Shown here: positions 1 through 11,269 of the stretch, one piece after another
Layout: each line of letters starts with the position of its first letter
Position numbering within the stretch: the stretch's first letter is position 1
Source of the DNA: Dehalococcoidia bacterium
GTDB taxonomy: Bacteria; Chloroflexota; Dehalococcoidia; Bin125
Direction of reading: 5' to 3'
DNA length: 64,000 bases
Assembly: GCA_963663895.2 (NCBI GenBank)
Contig: CAXXRD010000001.1
Coordinates: 64,001 to 128,000, forward strand
The notes under the pieces: generated by a model
What the model was told of the DNA's origin: nothing
What the model saw: the letters and a program-made list of their open reading frames with translations, nothing else
Databases searched by the model: none
Translations under genes and position numbers: made by a program

Positions 1-1424
1 TCGTCCGTGATGAAGCGATTGACCCCAACTTTAACGCGTCCGGCGGCACCCGGCGGGGCCGCGCGCTCCGCCGCTTCCGCTTCCTTCTCATACTCCATCT
101 GCAGGCGGTAGGCGGCATCGGTGATCTCACGCTGTTGGTAGCTCGCTTCGATCGCAGTGACGGCGCCGCCCAAGGCGTCGATCTTCTCGATGTATCGCGC
201 GGCTTCGGCCTCGATCGCGTCGGTGAGCTCCTCGACGTAGAAGGAGCCGCCCAACGGATCCACCACGTCGGCGGCCCCGCTCTCAAAGGCGACGATCTGC
301 TGCGTACGCAGCGCCACTTCGACCGCGTGCTGGCTGGGGAGCCCCAACGCCTCGTCGAGCGAGTTCGTGTGGAGCGACTGCGTGCCCCCAAAGACCGCCG
401 CCAGCGCTTGCAGGGTGGTGCGGATCACGTTGTTATCGGGCTGCTGAGCGGTGAGTGTCACGCCGCCCGTCTGCGTGTGAAAGCGCAGGGTCTGGGCGCG
501 GGGGTTGTTGGAGTGGAAGCGATCGCGCGTGATCCGCGCCCAGAGCCGCCGGGCGGCGCGGAACTTGGCCACCTCTTCCAGGAAATTCGAGTGGCACGCG
601 AAGAAAAACGAGACCTGCTGGCCGATGCGGTCGAACTCTTGACCCGTCGCGAGCGCCGCCTCGATGTAGCCGATCGCGTGTGCGAGCGTGAATCCGACCT
701 CCTGCGCGGCGGTGCAGCCGGCCTCGCGCATGTGGTAACCGCTGACGGAGATCGTGTTCCAGCGAGGCACCTCCCGGGCGCAGAAGTCGAAAATGTCGGT
801 GATGAGCCGGATCGAGGGGCCCGGCGGGTAGATGTAGGTTCCGCGGGCGACGTATTCCTTGAGGATGTCGTTCTGCACGGTGCCGCCGAGCTGGGAGCGC
901 GCAACGCCCTGCTCTTCGCCGACGGCGATGTAGAGCGCGAGCAGAATGGAGGCGGTGGAGTTGATCGTCATCGAAGTGGTGACCTTGTCGAGTGGGATCT
1001 CGCGGAACAGCGTCCGCATGTCCTCGATCGAGTCGATCGCCACGCCCACCTTACCGACCTCGCCCGTGGCCATGGGGTGATCCGAGTCGTAGCCGATCTG
1101 CGTAGGCAGGTCGAAGGCGACGGAGAGTCCCGTTTGTCCTTGATCCAGTAGGAAGCGGTAGCGCTCGTTGCTGGTTTCCGCGTCCCCCTGCCCGGCGTAT
1201 TGACGCATCGTCCAGAGGCGGCCGCGGTACATCGTGGGCTGGATGCCGCGGGTAAAGGGAAACTCGCCGGGGAAGCCCAGGGTGTCCGCGCGGCCGTTGA
1301 GACCAGTGTAGAGCGGCTGTACCGGGTCGCCACTCGAGCGACGGAAAGTGTCGCGCCGCTCCGGGTTCCTTTCAACGGCGGCACGGTAAGCGCCGCTCAG
1401 CCATTCGTGGAGTGATTCGCTCAC
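1..1424 (-). CDS. Methylmalonyl-CoA mutase, large/N-terminal subunit (3' end outside the window)
   Basis: Manual translation from GTG at 1424 gives MSESLHEW...[29 protein letters not shown]...[21 protein letters not shown], the hallmark acyl-CoA mutase motifs. Absent from the ORF track because it runs off the edge. Confidence 0.93.
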   Translation of the reverse strand, partial: MSESLHEWLSGAYRAAVERNPERRDTFRRSSGDPVQPLYTGLNGRADTLGFPGEFPFTRGIQPTMYRGRLWTMRQYAGQGDAETSNERYRFLLDQGQTGLSVAFDLPTQIGYDSDHPMATGEVGKVGVAIDSIEDMRTLFREIPLDKVTTSMTINSTASILLALYIAVGEEQGVARSQLGGTVQNDILKEYVARGTYIYPPGPSIRLITDIFDFCAREVPRWNTISVSGYHMREAGCTAAQEVGFTLAHAIGYIEAALATGQEFDRIGQQVSFFFACHSNFLEEVAKFRAARRLWARITRDRFHSNNPRAQTLRFHTQTGGVTLTAQQPDNNVIRTTLQALAAVFGGTQSLHTNSLDEALGLPSQHAVEVALRTQQIVAFESGAADVVDPLGGSFYVEELTDAIEAEAARYIEKIDALGGAVTAIEASYQQREITDAAYRLQMEYEKEAEAAERAAPPGAAGRVKVGVNRFITD

Positions 1425-1462
1425 GCTCGACAATCCTCCCCCAGCAGCCGAAGGAGAAGCAG

Positions 1463-1538
1463 TGGTGGAGATAGGGGGATTCGAACCCCCGACCTCAGCG
1501 TTGCGAACGCTGCGCTCTCCCAATTGAGCTATATCCCC
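1463..1538 (-). tRNA. tRNA-Ala(CGC)
   Basis: GGGGATATAGCTCAATTGGGAGAGC...TT-CGC-AA...GGTTCGAATCC...CTCCACCA; cloverleaf with encoded CCA. Confidence 0.96.
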
Positions 1539-1569
1539 GCGAGGGAGCGGCCGGTAACCGCTCGTATCG

Positions 1570-1599
1570 AGGCTATAAACCCAGCCTCGAACGTGTCAA
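1570..1599 (-). promoter_or_regulatory. Sigma70-type promoter for tRNA-Ala
   Basis: TTGACA-18 nt-TAGCCT on the minus strand, about 30 nt upstream of the tRNA. Overlapped by the inverted repeat TCGAGGCT/AGCCTCGA. Confidence 0.6.
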
Positions 1600-1612
1600 T
1601 GAAATGCGGTTC

Positions 1613-2152
1613 CTAGTCGAGCCCGTCGGGCAGGTCCACCTGCACGCGCTTCATCTCGGTGTCGACGCTGCACACGACGTCGCGAATGGCGGGCACCAGC
1701 AGATCCCGCTGTCCTTCGCGTCCGACCACGAATACGTCGTTCGCGCCCGGGCGGAGCACTTCGCGGACGATACCGAGGATCTCCCCCGTCGCCGCCTCGA
1801 CGCGGCTGCCCACGACCTCATCAATGTAGTACTCGTTCTCCCCGAGCACGGGGCAGTCGTCTACCGGCACCTCCAGCAGCGTGTCCCGAAATCGCTCCCC
1901 GGCTTCAGGTGTATCGAGACCCTCCAGATGCACGTAAACGCGGCCCTTCTGCCAGCGGCTGGCCACGATCGTTCGCTCCGTGCTGTCCAAAAACACGCGC
2001 GCGCCGCAAGCGAAGCGCTCGGGGAAATCCGTCAGAGGCTCGACCTTCAGATTGCCGTGCAGCCCCCAGGGCCGCTCCACACGCCCCACCGCGCGGTATC
2101 CCGTGCGGGCCGTGGGGATCGCCTTGCGACGCGCCGCAGCACGGAGCGGCAT
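1613..2152 (-). CDS. rimM: 16S rRNA processing protein RimM
   Basis: VGRVERPWGLHGNLKV, EYYIDEVVG, GANDVFVV motifs; rpsP-khpA-rimM synteny. Confidence 0.93.
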   Translation of the reverse strand: MPLRAAARRKAIPTARTGYRAVGRVERPWGLHGNLKVEPLTDFPERFACGARVFLDSTERTIVASRWQKGRVYVHLEGLDTPEAGERFRDTLLEVPVDDCPVLGENEYYIDEVVGSRVEAATGEILGIVREVLRPGANDVFVVGREGQRDLLVPAIRDVVCSVDTEMKRVQVDLPDGLD

Positions 2153-2382
2153 CAGCGAACTTCGAGCACCACGTGGCGGTCGCTGGAGGCGCCGACCGAG
2201 CGCAGCAGCGTGCGCATGGCGTTGGCGATCCGGCCCTCGCGCCCGATCACGCGCCCCATGTCGCTCTCGTGGACGTGCAGGGTAATCACCGTCCGGTCGC
2301 CGCGCACACGCTCACTCACCGAGACGGCGTCGACATCGTCCACGAGTTGGAGCGCGATGTATTCGATCAGGTCGCGCAGCAT
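2152..2382 (-). CDS. khpA: KH-domain RNA-binding protein
   Basis: DMGRVIGREGRIANAMRTLL motif; lies between rpsP and rimM. Confidence 0.93.
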   Translation of the reverse strand: MLRDLIEYIALQLVDDVDAVSVSERVRGDRTVITLHVHESDMGRVIGREGRIANAMRTLLRSVGASSDRHVVLEVR

Positions 2383-2443
2383 CGGTTACTTGGGTGCCTC
2401 CACGTTCACTGGGCGCTCCACGGTCGGCTCCTCCGCGAGGCCC

Positions 2444-2776
2444 TTAGCCGGAAGAAGCATCTGTGGACGACGCCTCCCCGGCAGTGGCTTGGCGCTTTGC
2501 CAGCGCGCGCTTGCTCAGTGGCTTGGGCTGCCAGGCTTCCATCAACCCTTGCTTGTGCAGCAGTCCCTGGACCGTGCGAGATGGTTGCGCGCCTTGCCCC
2601 AGCCAGTGCTTCACGCGGTCTTCATCCACGTGAAAGACTTTGGGGTCGGCCAGCGGATCGTAGTAACCGATCCGTTCCACGACGCGACCGTCCCGCGGCG
2701 ACGAGTCTTCCGCGACCACAACGCGATACGAGGGGCGCTTTCTGCGGCCCGTTCTTGTGAGGCGAACTTTTAACAC
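2444..2776 (-). CDS. rpsP: 30S ribosomal protein S16
   Basis: MLKVRLTRTGRRKRPSYRVVVAEDSSPRDGR...WLGQGAQPS. Confidence 0.96.
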   Translation of the reverse strand: MLKVRLTRTGRRKRPSYRVVVAEDSSPRDGRVVERIGYYDPLADPKVFHVDEDRVKHWLGQGAQPSRTVQGLLHKQGLMEAWQPKPLSKRALAKRQATAGEASSTDASSG

Positions 2777-2821
2777 GGGTCCTGATGCTCCTTCAAAGCG
2801 GGCGCGAGGGCCCGTTTCCTT

Positions 2822-4156
2822 CTACCGCCGCAGGGCCGGGATCGCCAGCTTCGGCACTTTACCACTGGCGACGGCTTTCATAATCTTCTTGGCTTCCTTG
2901 TACTGGTTCAATAACTGATTCACGTCTTGGATGGTCGTGCCGCTGCCTCTTGCGATCCGCAGCCGGCGGCTGGCGTTGATGATATCCGGGTGACGCCGCT
3001 CTTGCGGAGTCATGGAGTTGATAATCGCCTCGATCTGGCCCGTCGCTCTGCCGTCGAGCTCCTCAAGGTCGAGCTTGCCCTTCACGGCGCCCATCCCGGG
3101 CAGCATGCCGAGGACTTGGCTCATAGGGCCCATACGCTCCAGTTGGCGGAATTGCTCCAGAAAGTCGTCGAGGCCGAAGGTCCCATCCTGCATCCGCTTC
3201 CGCAGCGATTTGACGTCCGACTCGCTGATCTGCTCTTTCGCCTTTTCCACCAGAGTGACGACATCGCCCATGCCGAGGATCCGCGCCGCCAGCCGGTCTG
3301 GATGGCAGACCTCCAAGGCGTCGATCCGCTCGCCGGTTCCCAGGAACTTCACCGGGGCATCCGTCATCACTCGGATAGAGAGTGCGGCGCCGCCTCGGGC
3401 GTCGCCGTCCATCTTGGTGAGGATCAGGCCGCTGACCGAGACGGCCTTGTGGAACGCTTGGGCGGACGTGACCGCGTCCTGGCCCGCCATCGCGTCGACG
3501 ACCAGCAGCGTTTCGGCCGGCTCGAAGCGCTTCTTGAGATCGGCGACCTCCGCCATCATCTCCTCGTCGACATGGAGGCGCCCCGCCGTGTCGACGATCA
3601 CGACCGAGGCGCCTATCTTGCGCGCCTGCTTGATACCGTTCTCGACGATCGTGGCCGGCGGCACAGCAGTCCCCTCCGCATAGACCTCGATCGCAGCCTG
3701 CTGACCGAGCTGCTGCAGTTGTTCGACCGCGGCTGGCCGGTAGATATCCGCGGCCACGAGCAGCGGTTTATCGCCCCGGTTACGCAGGCGTACCGCGAGC
3801 TTGGCTGCAGTCGTCGTCTTGCCGGTTCCCTGGAGACCGACGAGCAAGATGACGGTCGGCTGATGAGGCGATCGCCCCAGGGCCACCGCTTTGCCGCCCA
3901 ACAGCCGCACGAGCTCATCATTAACGATCGCAATGATCTGCTGGACTGGCGTGACACTTTTGAGCACCGCTTCCCCAGCGGCTCGCTCACGGACGGCCGT
4001 TACAAACTTCTTGACGACCTTGAAATTGACGTCCGCCTCGAGCAACGCCAAGCGGACTTCCCGCAGTGCCTCGTCCAGATCGGATTCGCTGACCGTCCCG
4101 CGGCGGCCCAATTGCTGAAAGACGCCCTGGAGCTTGTCGGTGAGCGACTCAAACAT
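2822..4156 (-). CDS. ffh: Signal recognition particle protein Ffh
   Basis: ALLEADV, GLQGTGKTT, DTAGR, TKMDGDARGGAALS and an M domain. Confidence 0.97.
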   Translation of the reverse strand: MFESLTDKLQGVFQQLGRRGTVSESDLDEALREVRLALLEADVNFKVVKKFVTAVRERAAGEAVLKSVTPVQQIIAIVNDELVRLLGGKAVALGRSPHQPTVILLVGLQGTGKTTTAAKLAVRLRNRGDKPLLVAADIYRPAAVEQLQQLGQQAAIEVYAEGTAVPPATIVENGIKQARKIGASVVIVDTAGRLHVDEEMMAEVADLKKRFEPAETLLVVDAMAGQDAVTSAQAFHKAVSVSGLILTKMDGDARGGAALSIRVMTDAPVKFLGTGERIDALEVCHPDRLAARILGMGDVVTLVEKAKEQISESDVKSLRKRMQDGTFGLDDFLEQFRQLERMGPMSQVLGMLPGMGAVKGKLDLEELDGRATGQIEAIINSMTPQERRHPDIINASRRLRIARGSGTTIQDVNQLLNQYKEAKKIMKAVASGKVPKLAIPALRR

Positions 4157-4163
4157 CGCGCCT

Positions 4164-4169
4164 AGTGTA
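4164..4169 (-). promoter_or_regulatory. -10 element of a probably leaderless ffh transcript
   Basis: TACACT lies 7 nt upstream of the ATG and there is no SD. Confidence 0.5.
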
Positions 4170-4202
4170 GGCGCGGGACGGGGATGGTGCGCCGGCTGCG
4201 GG

Positions 4203-5225
4203 TTACAGGCCGCGCGCCGCCATCAGGGCGCAGAGATCGCCGACGCGCAGGCTGTAGGCCCACTCGTTGTCATACCAAGCGACCGTCTTCACGAGCGTGC
4301 CCTCGATGACCAACGTGCTCAGCGCGTCGACGATGGCGCTGCTCTGGTGTGCTTGGAAGTCCGAACTCACCAGCGGCTTGTCTTCGTAGGTCAGGATGCC
4401 GTAGAGGGGCGACTCCCTGTCCGTGGCGGCGGTGCGGAACGCCTCGTTGACCTCTTCCACCGACGTCGCGCGCTCGGCCTCAACAGTCAGATCCACTACG
4501 GAGACCGTGCTCGTCGGAACACGGTAAGCCATCCCATTGAGACGGCCGGCGAGGTGGGGAAGCACCAGGCCCACTGCCTTGGCGGCTCCCGTGGAAGTCG
4601 GAATGATGTTCATCCCGGCAGCGCGTGCACGGCGCAGATCCTTATGGACGGTGTCCAGGATGACTTGGTCGTTGGTGTAGGCGTGGATCGTCGACATGAC
4701 GCCCGACTTGATCCCGACTGCGTCGTCCAAGACCTTCGCCACCGGGGCAAGGCAGTTTGTCGTGCAAGACGCGTTCGAGATCACGTGGTGGCGATCGGGA
4801 TCATAAGCGTCGTGGTTGACCCCGAGTACCACGGTCAGGTCGTCACCCCGAGCCGGTGCGGAGATCACCACCTTTTTGGGGCCGTGATTCAGGTGTCCCC
4901 TCGCCCGCTCGGCGTTCGTGAAAATCCCGGTCGACTCGATGACGATCTCTACGCCGTAGTCTCCCCAGGGAATCTGGCCGGGATCCCGCTCGCTCAGTAC
5001 ACGGATTTCGCGTCCGTTGACGGACAGGCCGTCCACGGTTGCCTCGACTGCGTCTCCGTAACGACCGTAGTTGGTGTCGTACTTCAAGAGGTGCGCGTTG
5101 GTGGCGGTGTCCGTTAGATCGTTGAGCGCTACGACCTCGAGCGCCGAGCCGTGCCGCTCCAGGATGCCCTTGAGCACCTGTCGACCGATGCGGCCGAAGC
5201 CATTGATCCCGATCTTGGTCGCCAT
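4203..5225 (-). CDS. gap: Type I glyceraldehyde-3-phosphate dehydrogenase
   Basis: MATKIGINGFGRIGR, SNASCTTNCL, WYDNEW. Start set at ATG 5225 behind a GGAGG SD. Confidence 0.97.
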   Translation of the reverse strand: MATKIGINGFGRIGRQVLKGILERHGSALEVVALNDLTDTATNAHLLKYDTNYGRYGDAVEATVDGLSVNGREIRVLSERDPGQIPWGDYGVEIVIESTGIFTNAERARGHLNHGPKKVVISAPARGDDLTVVLGVNHDAYDPDRHHVISNASCTTNCLAPVAKVLDDAVGIKSGVMSTIHAYTNDQVILDTVHKDLRRARAAGMNIIPTSTGAAKAVGLVLPHLAGRLNGMAYRVPTSTVSVVDLTVEAERATSVEEVNEAFRTAATDRESPLYGILTYEDKPLVSSDFQAHQSSAIVDALSTLVIEGTLVKTVAWYDNEWAYSLRVGDLCALMAARGL

Positions 5226-5239
5226 GGCACCTCCCTGTG

Positions 5240-6124
5240 TCACAACAACAGCCGCTTCGGTGCGCCGCCCGGCTGACGGCGGAAGTTCTCGATTAAGAGA
5301 TGCTGCCGTCCTTGTTTTTGGATCCAACTCCCGCGACAGCGGTCGCGACGGTTCAGCAGCATCTCTCCTTTGCGAGCGAGCCGATGGTACTGCTCGCGAT
5401 CCTCGGACTCCACCGCGAACAACTCACGGCCGATCGCGAACCGTAACTGATGCTCCCGGATCGTGATCTGCCATCCGCTCAGCAGCTGTGCCCAGCCGAA
5501 GTGGAAGGATTGGTCACCCCAGTGAACGGCGATCCGCTGCCGGTTCGATTCCGGCGCCACCGCAAGCGCCGACGCACCGAAGTGGGGCCGGGCCAGCTCC
5601 GCTGCCGCGCGGTAGACGCTCCCCAGCGATTCAGACATCGCGAGCTGTTGGCCCGCCATGTACTGCCCCATCCCCACCGCTGTAGCCGCCCCTTCCGCAT
5701 CGGCCAGGAAACCGTCCCGCAGCCAAGCTGCATACTCGCGCTGCTCACGCCCCACTACTGCCTGCTCCGCTGCGAGCCACTCGAGCGACGCTCTCGTCAA
5801 CGGCGGGCAGACGGGATAGGCACCCCACGTCGTTGCGCGCAACAGCTCCTGTCCGGCCGTGTACACGCGTGACCAGAGAAGCAGCGCGGCGCCGTATCGG
5901 TGGTTGCGCAGCCTGCTGCCGGTGCTGGCCGCGACGACGGCGTGCTCGAGAGCGAGTGCCTCTTGGATCCAGGCGATCTCCTCGCGGAGCGCGAAGCCGC
6001 ATTGCCGAAACGCATCCCGCACCGCCGCCGGCTGCGAGTCGTCTGGGATGGGAAGGAGGGGCGGATCCGGAACGGAGATCGGAGCGACCCGCTGTGGAGG
6101 CGGATCGAGATCGGAGCCGCTCAC
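5240..6124 (-). CDS. Hypothetical protein, distant DUF5677/HEPN-like fold (probably catalytically degenerate)
   Basis: 294-aa ORF ending 14 nt before gap. It shares G-x7-L-x-R-x-x-L-E and Y-x6-A-[R/H]-P spacing with the ORF at 28758-29480. Confidence 0.65.
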   Translation of the reverse strand: MSGSDLDPPPQRVAPISVPDPPLLPIPDDSQPAAVRDAFRQCGFALREEIAWIQEALALEHAVVAASTGSRLRNHRYGAALLLWSRVYTAGQELLRATTWGAYPVCPPLTRASLEWLAAEQAVVGREQREYAAWLRDGFLADAEGAATAVGMGQYMAGQQLAMSESLGSVYRAAAELARPHFGASALAVAPESNRQRIAVHWGDQSFHFGWAQLLSGWQITIREHQLRFAIGRELFAVESEDREQYHRLARKGEMLLNRRDRCRGSWIQKQGRQHLLIENFRRQPGGAPKRLLL

Positions 6125-6581
6125 GACCTCGATCCGTCCGTTGCCGCGATCAGGGGATCATCCATCCACCAGCCCCAGCCCTTGGGGCCAGAATTCAAAG
6201 CCGGGTGAGCGATCGCTCGGAGGATGTCATGCGCATGCATCACGCCCCAGGGGCTCCAGACCTGTCGCCGGAGCCAGCTGGGAACTGTGCTCTCGCAGAC
6301 CAACGATCGCTTGGACACGAAAGCATCCGCCCGCTCGCGCTCTCGGACAGGAAGGGGAGCATTGGTATTGCCTCCCCGCGACGCACTTCCGTCTTGGCCG
6401 ACGGCGATTCGATCATGCGTGCGGCACGAGTGCAAGCGCTCTGCGACGGCCGGCACGCGCTCCATGCCAGCCTACTGGCCGGGAGCGGCGGCTCGAACAT
6501 CGCGCAGTTGGTCTCGACGGCCTCGGCGCTCATCGTGGATGCATGCGTCCATGCCACTCCTTTATGTGCGTGGGGTGACCT

Positions 6582-7916
<1,335 letters not shown>

Positions 7917-7958
7917 TCACAAGAGCAGCCTCGGAACACAGGTCGTCCTGATACCTGA

Positions 7959-8894
7959 TCAGTGCGCTCGGGGATGCGCCTTGTCGTACACCTCACGTAC
8001 GTGAGCATCCGTAAGCTGCGTGTAGACCTGGGTTGTGGAGATGTTGGCATGCCCAAGCATCTCCTGAACGTTCCGCAGCGGAGCCCCGCCTCGGAGCATG
8101 TGCGTCGCGAAGGAGTGGCGCAGCGTGTGCGGAGTCACATCGCTGGTGATCTTGGCCGCCTTGGCGTAGTTCTTGAGGATCAGCCAAAAGCCCTGGCGCG
8201 TGAGTCGCTCGCCGCGGCGGTTAATGAACAGCGCCCGTTCCTTGCGAACGCGGACGAGATCGGGGCGGGCCTCCTCGAGGTAGATCCGCAGGGCGATGAC
8301 GGCCTGCTCGTGAATCGGGATCAGGCGCTCCTTGCTACTCTTACCGATGCAGCGCACCGTGGCCCGGTTGTTGTGGAGCTCGATCGATTCCAGATTGAGC
8401 GCCACCAACTCGCTGACCCGCATGCCCGTCGCGTAGAGGAGCTCGATCATCGCCTTGTCACGCTGGGCTTCCGGAGTGGAGCGCTTGCTCGGCTGCTCCA
8501 GCAGCTCGTCAACCTCCCGCACGGAAAGCGCTTTCGGCAAGGATCTGCCTACGCGGGGCGACGACAGCGTCTCCGTCGGATCGCTGTCCACGACGCCTTC
8601 AGCCGTCAAGTAGTTAAAGAAGCTCTTCACCGCCGCCACTTTCCGAGCGACGGTAGCATCCGCGTAGTCCTTGGCGCGCATCTCCCGGATGTAGTCCTGC
8701 AGGAGGTCGGCGTTCACGGATCCCCAGAGCGCCGTCGATTTGCCGTTGGGCCGCACGTCGTGCAGGTAGCTGCCGAACTGCTGAAGGTCGTTGCGATAGG
8801 CCGAGATGGTGTTGGCGGACGCGCCCTTTTCCACGGACATGAAGCTGAGGAACTGGTGGACATCATGGTCCATCACTGCGCTGCGGTCGGTCAT
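7959..8894 (-). CDS. xerD: Tyrosine recombinase XerD
   Basis: LLYATGMRVSEL, LTRQGFW, TPHTLRHSFATH, MLGHANISTTQVYT, KAHPRA. Confidence 0.92.
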   Translation of the reverse strand: MTDRSAVMDHDVHQFLSFMSVEKGASANTISAYRNDLQQFGSYLHDVRPNGKSTALWGSVNADLLQDYIREMRAKDYADATVARKVAAVKSFFNYLTAEGVVDSDPTETLSSPRVGRSLPKALSVREVDELLEQPSKRSTPEAQRDKAMIELLYATGMRVSELVALNLESIELHNNRATVRCIGKSSKERLIPIHEQAVIALRIYLEEARPDLVRVRKERALFINRRGERLTRQGFWLILKNYAKAAKITSDVTPHTLRHSFATHMLRGGAPLRNVQEMLGHANISTTQVYTQLTDAHVREVYDKAHPRAH

Positions 8895-9209
8895 GTCAGC
8901 TCACCATCATCAGTGGGGTTGGGAAGACGATAGCGGGATGATAGAAAGAGGCCCGCCGCCGCTTCAAGCCTCTTCAAGGCGATGTGCACCGCCCATCCAC
9001 TATTTTTCCCCGAAAATTCGTTTCCCCGGAAATCGATTGTTACTTGGGACCAACCCTTTCGTACGGCGGGGGCGGAGTCCGCCGCAATCGTCCGTTCGAC
9101 GGCCGCGAAGGCAGCGTGAAGGCAGCGGGCTCTCTCCGGCCGAGTAGCGCTGGGAGGCGGCGGCGGCCGCTTCGTCGGCGGAGAGCGCCGATCACCGCCG
9201 GAAAACGCC

Positions 9210-11060
9210 TCACAGGCGCTCCTTCACTTTCTCCGCAAGACGCCGCGTCATCCCGTCCGTATCGGCGATCTCGCCGGCGTCGGCCTCTCGTATCGCCTGG
9301 ATCGTGCCGAATTTCCGCAACAAAGCCTTCTTGCGCTTGGGCCCCACGCCCGGCACGGCGTCGAGTGCGCTGGCTCGGGCTCGACTCTTTCGCAAACCGC
9401 GATGGTACGTGATGGCGAATCGATGCGCCTCATCGCGCACCCGCTGAAGCAGGTACAGCCCCTGTGATCGCCGATCCAAGCGGATCGGCTCTCCCATGTC
9501 GGCGACGAAGATCTCCTCTTCGCGCTTGGCCAGCCCTACCGCCGGCAGCTCGGGCAAACCGAGGTCTCTCAGCACGTCGAGCGCCGCCGACAGCTGTCCC
9601 TTGCCGCCGTCGACCACCACGAGGTCTGGGCGGCTTCCCCAGCCTGCGTCGGGCTGCGGGGAGGCACCGGCTTCGCTTGGCTCGCGGGTTGTCGCCAAGC
9701 GCTTGAAGCGCCGCCGCAGCACCTCCGCCATCGAGGCAAAGTCGTCGCCGCCCGCGGCCGTCTTGATCTTGAAGCGGCGATACTCCGACTTTGCGGGGTT
9801 ACCGTCCAGGAACACCACCATGCTCGCCGCAGGATCCGATCCGCGAATGTTCGAGATGTCGTAGCATTCGATCCGATGGGGCGTGCGAGGAAGGCTCAAC
9901 GCCTCCTCCAGCTCCTCCATCGCGGCCGTCGTTTTGCCGCGATCCGTCATCCACTTCACGCGCAACATGGTGAGCGCTTCTTGCGCGTTGTAGTTGGCCA
10001 TCGCCACCAGCCGGCGCTTCTCGCCGCGCTTCGGTACCCGCAGCTCCACGGGGCCCTCCCGTTTGGCGCTCAGCCAGCCGGCCAGCAGATCCGTCTCCTC
10101 GATCGGCACAGGGAGCAGCACCAGCCTGGGGACCCGGGGAGCGCTCTCGTAGAACTGCTTGAGGAACGACTGCAAGACCTCCGCAGGCGCCTCGTCCGTT
10201 GCTCCGGCTAGGGCGTAGTGGTCGCGGCCCGTCATCTTCGTGCCCCGCACGAAGAACACTTGCGCCACCGCGTCGTTCCCATCCTGGGCCAGACCGAAGA
10301 CATCGATATCGGCCTGTGTGGTCGTCGCGGTGAGCTGCGCCTCCGTCACCCGGCGGACGGACGCGAGCTGGTCGCGCAGCTGGGCTGCCCGCTCATATTC
10401 CAGGCTCGCTGCCGCAGCGCGCATCTCTTGCTCCAGCGCCCGTTCGACGGCCGTCGTGCGCCCTTCGAGAAAGAGGATCACTTGGTCGATGACCGCTCGG
10501 TACTCTTCCGCCGTGCAGTACGAGGTGCACGGTGCGATGCAGCGCTGGATGTAATAGTCCAAGCAGGGCCGCGGGTCGGTTCCGGTGATGGTCTTCGTGC
10601 AGGAGCGCCAGGGGAACAGCTTCTTCACCAAGGCCAGCGTCGTCCGCACCGATCCGGCGCTGGCGTAGGGCCCAAAGTAGCGCGCGCCGTCGCTCTCGAC
10701 GCGGCGCGTGATGTACACCCGTGGCCAGGGCTCGTGCACGTCGATCTTGAGATAGGGATAGTGTTTATCGTCCTTGAGACGCACGTTGTAAAAGGGCTGG
10801 TGCCGCTTGACCAGCGTCGCCTCCAGATGCAGCGCCTCTTGCTCCGTGCTGGTGATGATGTACTCGAAGTCGGCGATGCGCCTGACGAGGTTCCGCGTCT
10901 TGCCCTCCAGGGCGCGCGGCGAGCCGAAGTACGAGCGCACCCGCGCCCGTAGGCTCGCCGCCTTGCCGACGTAGAGGATCTCCCCGCGCGCGTTGCGGAA
11001 GATGTAGACGCCCGGTCTATCGGGCAAGGCCCGCCCACGCGTCGCTAGATCTTCGGACAT
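9210..11060 (-). CDS. uvrC: Excinuclease ABC subunit C
   Basis: GIY-YIG (PGVY...YVGKA), RIECYDIS, DGGKGQ, RDEAHRFA and a C-terminal HhH. Confidence 0.97.
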   Translation of the reverse strand: MSEDLATRGRALPDRPGVYIFRNARGEILYVGKAASLRARVRSYFGSPRALEGKTRNLVRRIADFEYIITSTEQEALHLEATLVKRHQPFYNVRLKDDKHYPYLKIDVHEPWPRVYITRRVESDGARYFGPYASAGSVRTTLALVKKLFPWRSCTKTITGTDPRPCLDYYIQRCIAPCTSYCTAEEYRAVIDQVILFLEGRTTAVERALEQEMRAAAASLEYERAAQLRDQLASVRRVTEAQLTATTTQADIDVFGLAQDGNDAVAQVFFVRGTKMTGRDHYALAGATDEAPAEVLQSFLKQFYESAPRVPRLVLLPVPIEETDLLAGWLSAKREGPVELRVPKRGEKRRLVAMANYNAQEALTMLRVKWMTDRGKTTAAMEELEEALSLPRTPHRIECYDISNIRGSDPAASMVVFLDGNPAKSEYRRFKIKTAAGGDDFASMAEVLRRRFKRLATTREPSEAGASPQPDAGWGSRPDLVVVDGGKGQLSAALDVLRDLGLPELPAVGLAKREEEIFVADMGEPIRLDRRSQGLYLLQRVRDEAHRFAITYHRGLRKSRARASALDAVPGVGPKRKKALLRKFGTIQAIREADAGEIADTDGMTRRLAEKVKERL

Positions 11061-11269
11061 CCCGGTTTCAAGATACTCCGTTTATTCGCGGCGCAGGCGC
11101 TTTGGCGCACGGGTCCGCAGTCCGTCCGCGAAGCCGTGCGGGATTGCCACTGGTTATCGGCGGACCTTGTCCGCTGCCGGCGAAGAACAGCCCTGCAAAC
11201 CCGGACGAGGGCGCCTGCGATCCGTCCCGGTCGGGCCTGTGGGAGTCAGAACGGCGTGAGTCCAGGAGA

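Noticed and set aside
135-1151. Long ORFs antisense to real genes (for example 135..1151, 2927..4165, 16012..17430, 55641..57125, 62485..63612)
   Set aside because: They are shadows of well-supported genes on the opposite strand, expected at high GC, and have no motifs of their own.
2387-2460. Alternative-frame tail of rpsP (LPAKGLAEEPTVERPVNVEAPK*)
   Set aside because: It could be an indel in a low-complexity, unconserved tail. The S16 core is intact and this cannot be resolved without reads.
6125-6581. SD plus short ORF MDACIHDE...* followed in frame by 6121..6465 (possible TAG readthrough)
   Set aside because: Neither part looks like a known protein and there is no pyrrolysine machinery in the window.
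7959-8894. Recombinase as a phage or integron integrase
   Set aside because: It has housekeeping XerD motifs (TRQGFW, HPRA) in a core context. No integron insertion domain or attC array was seen.
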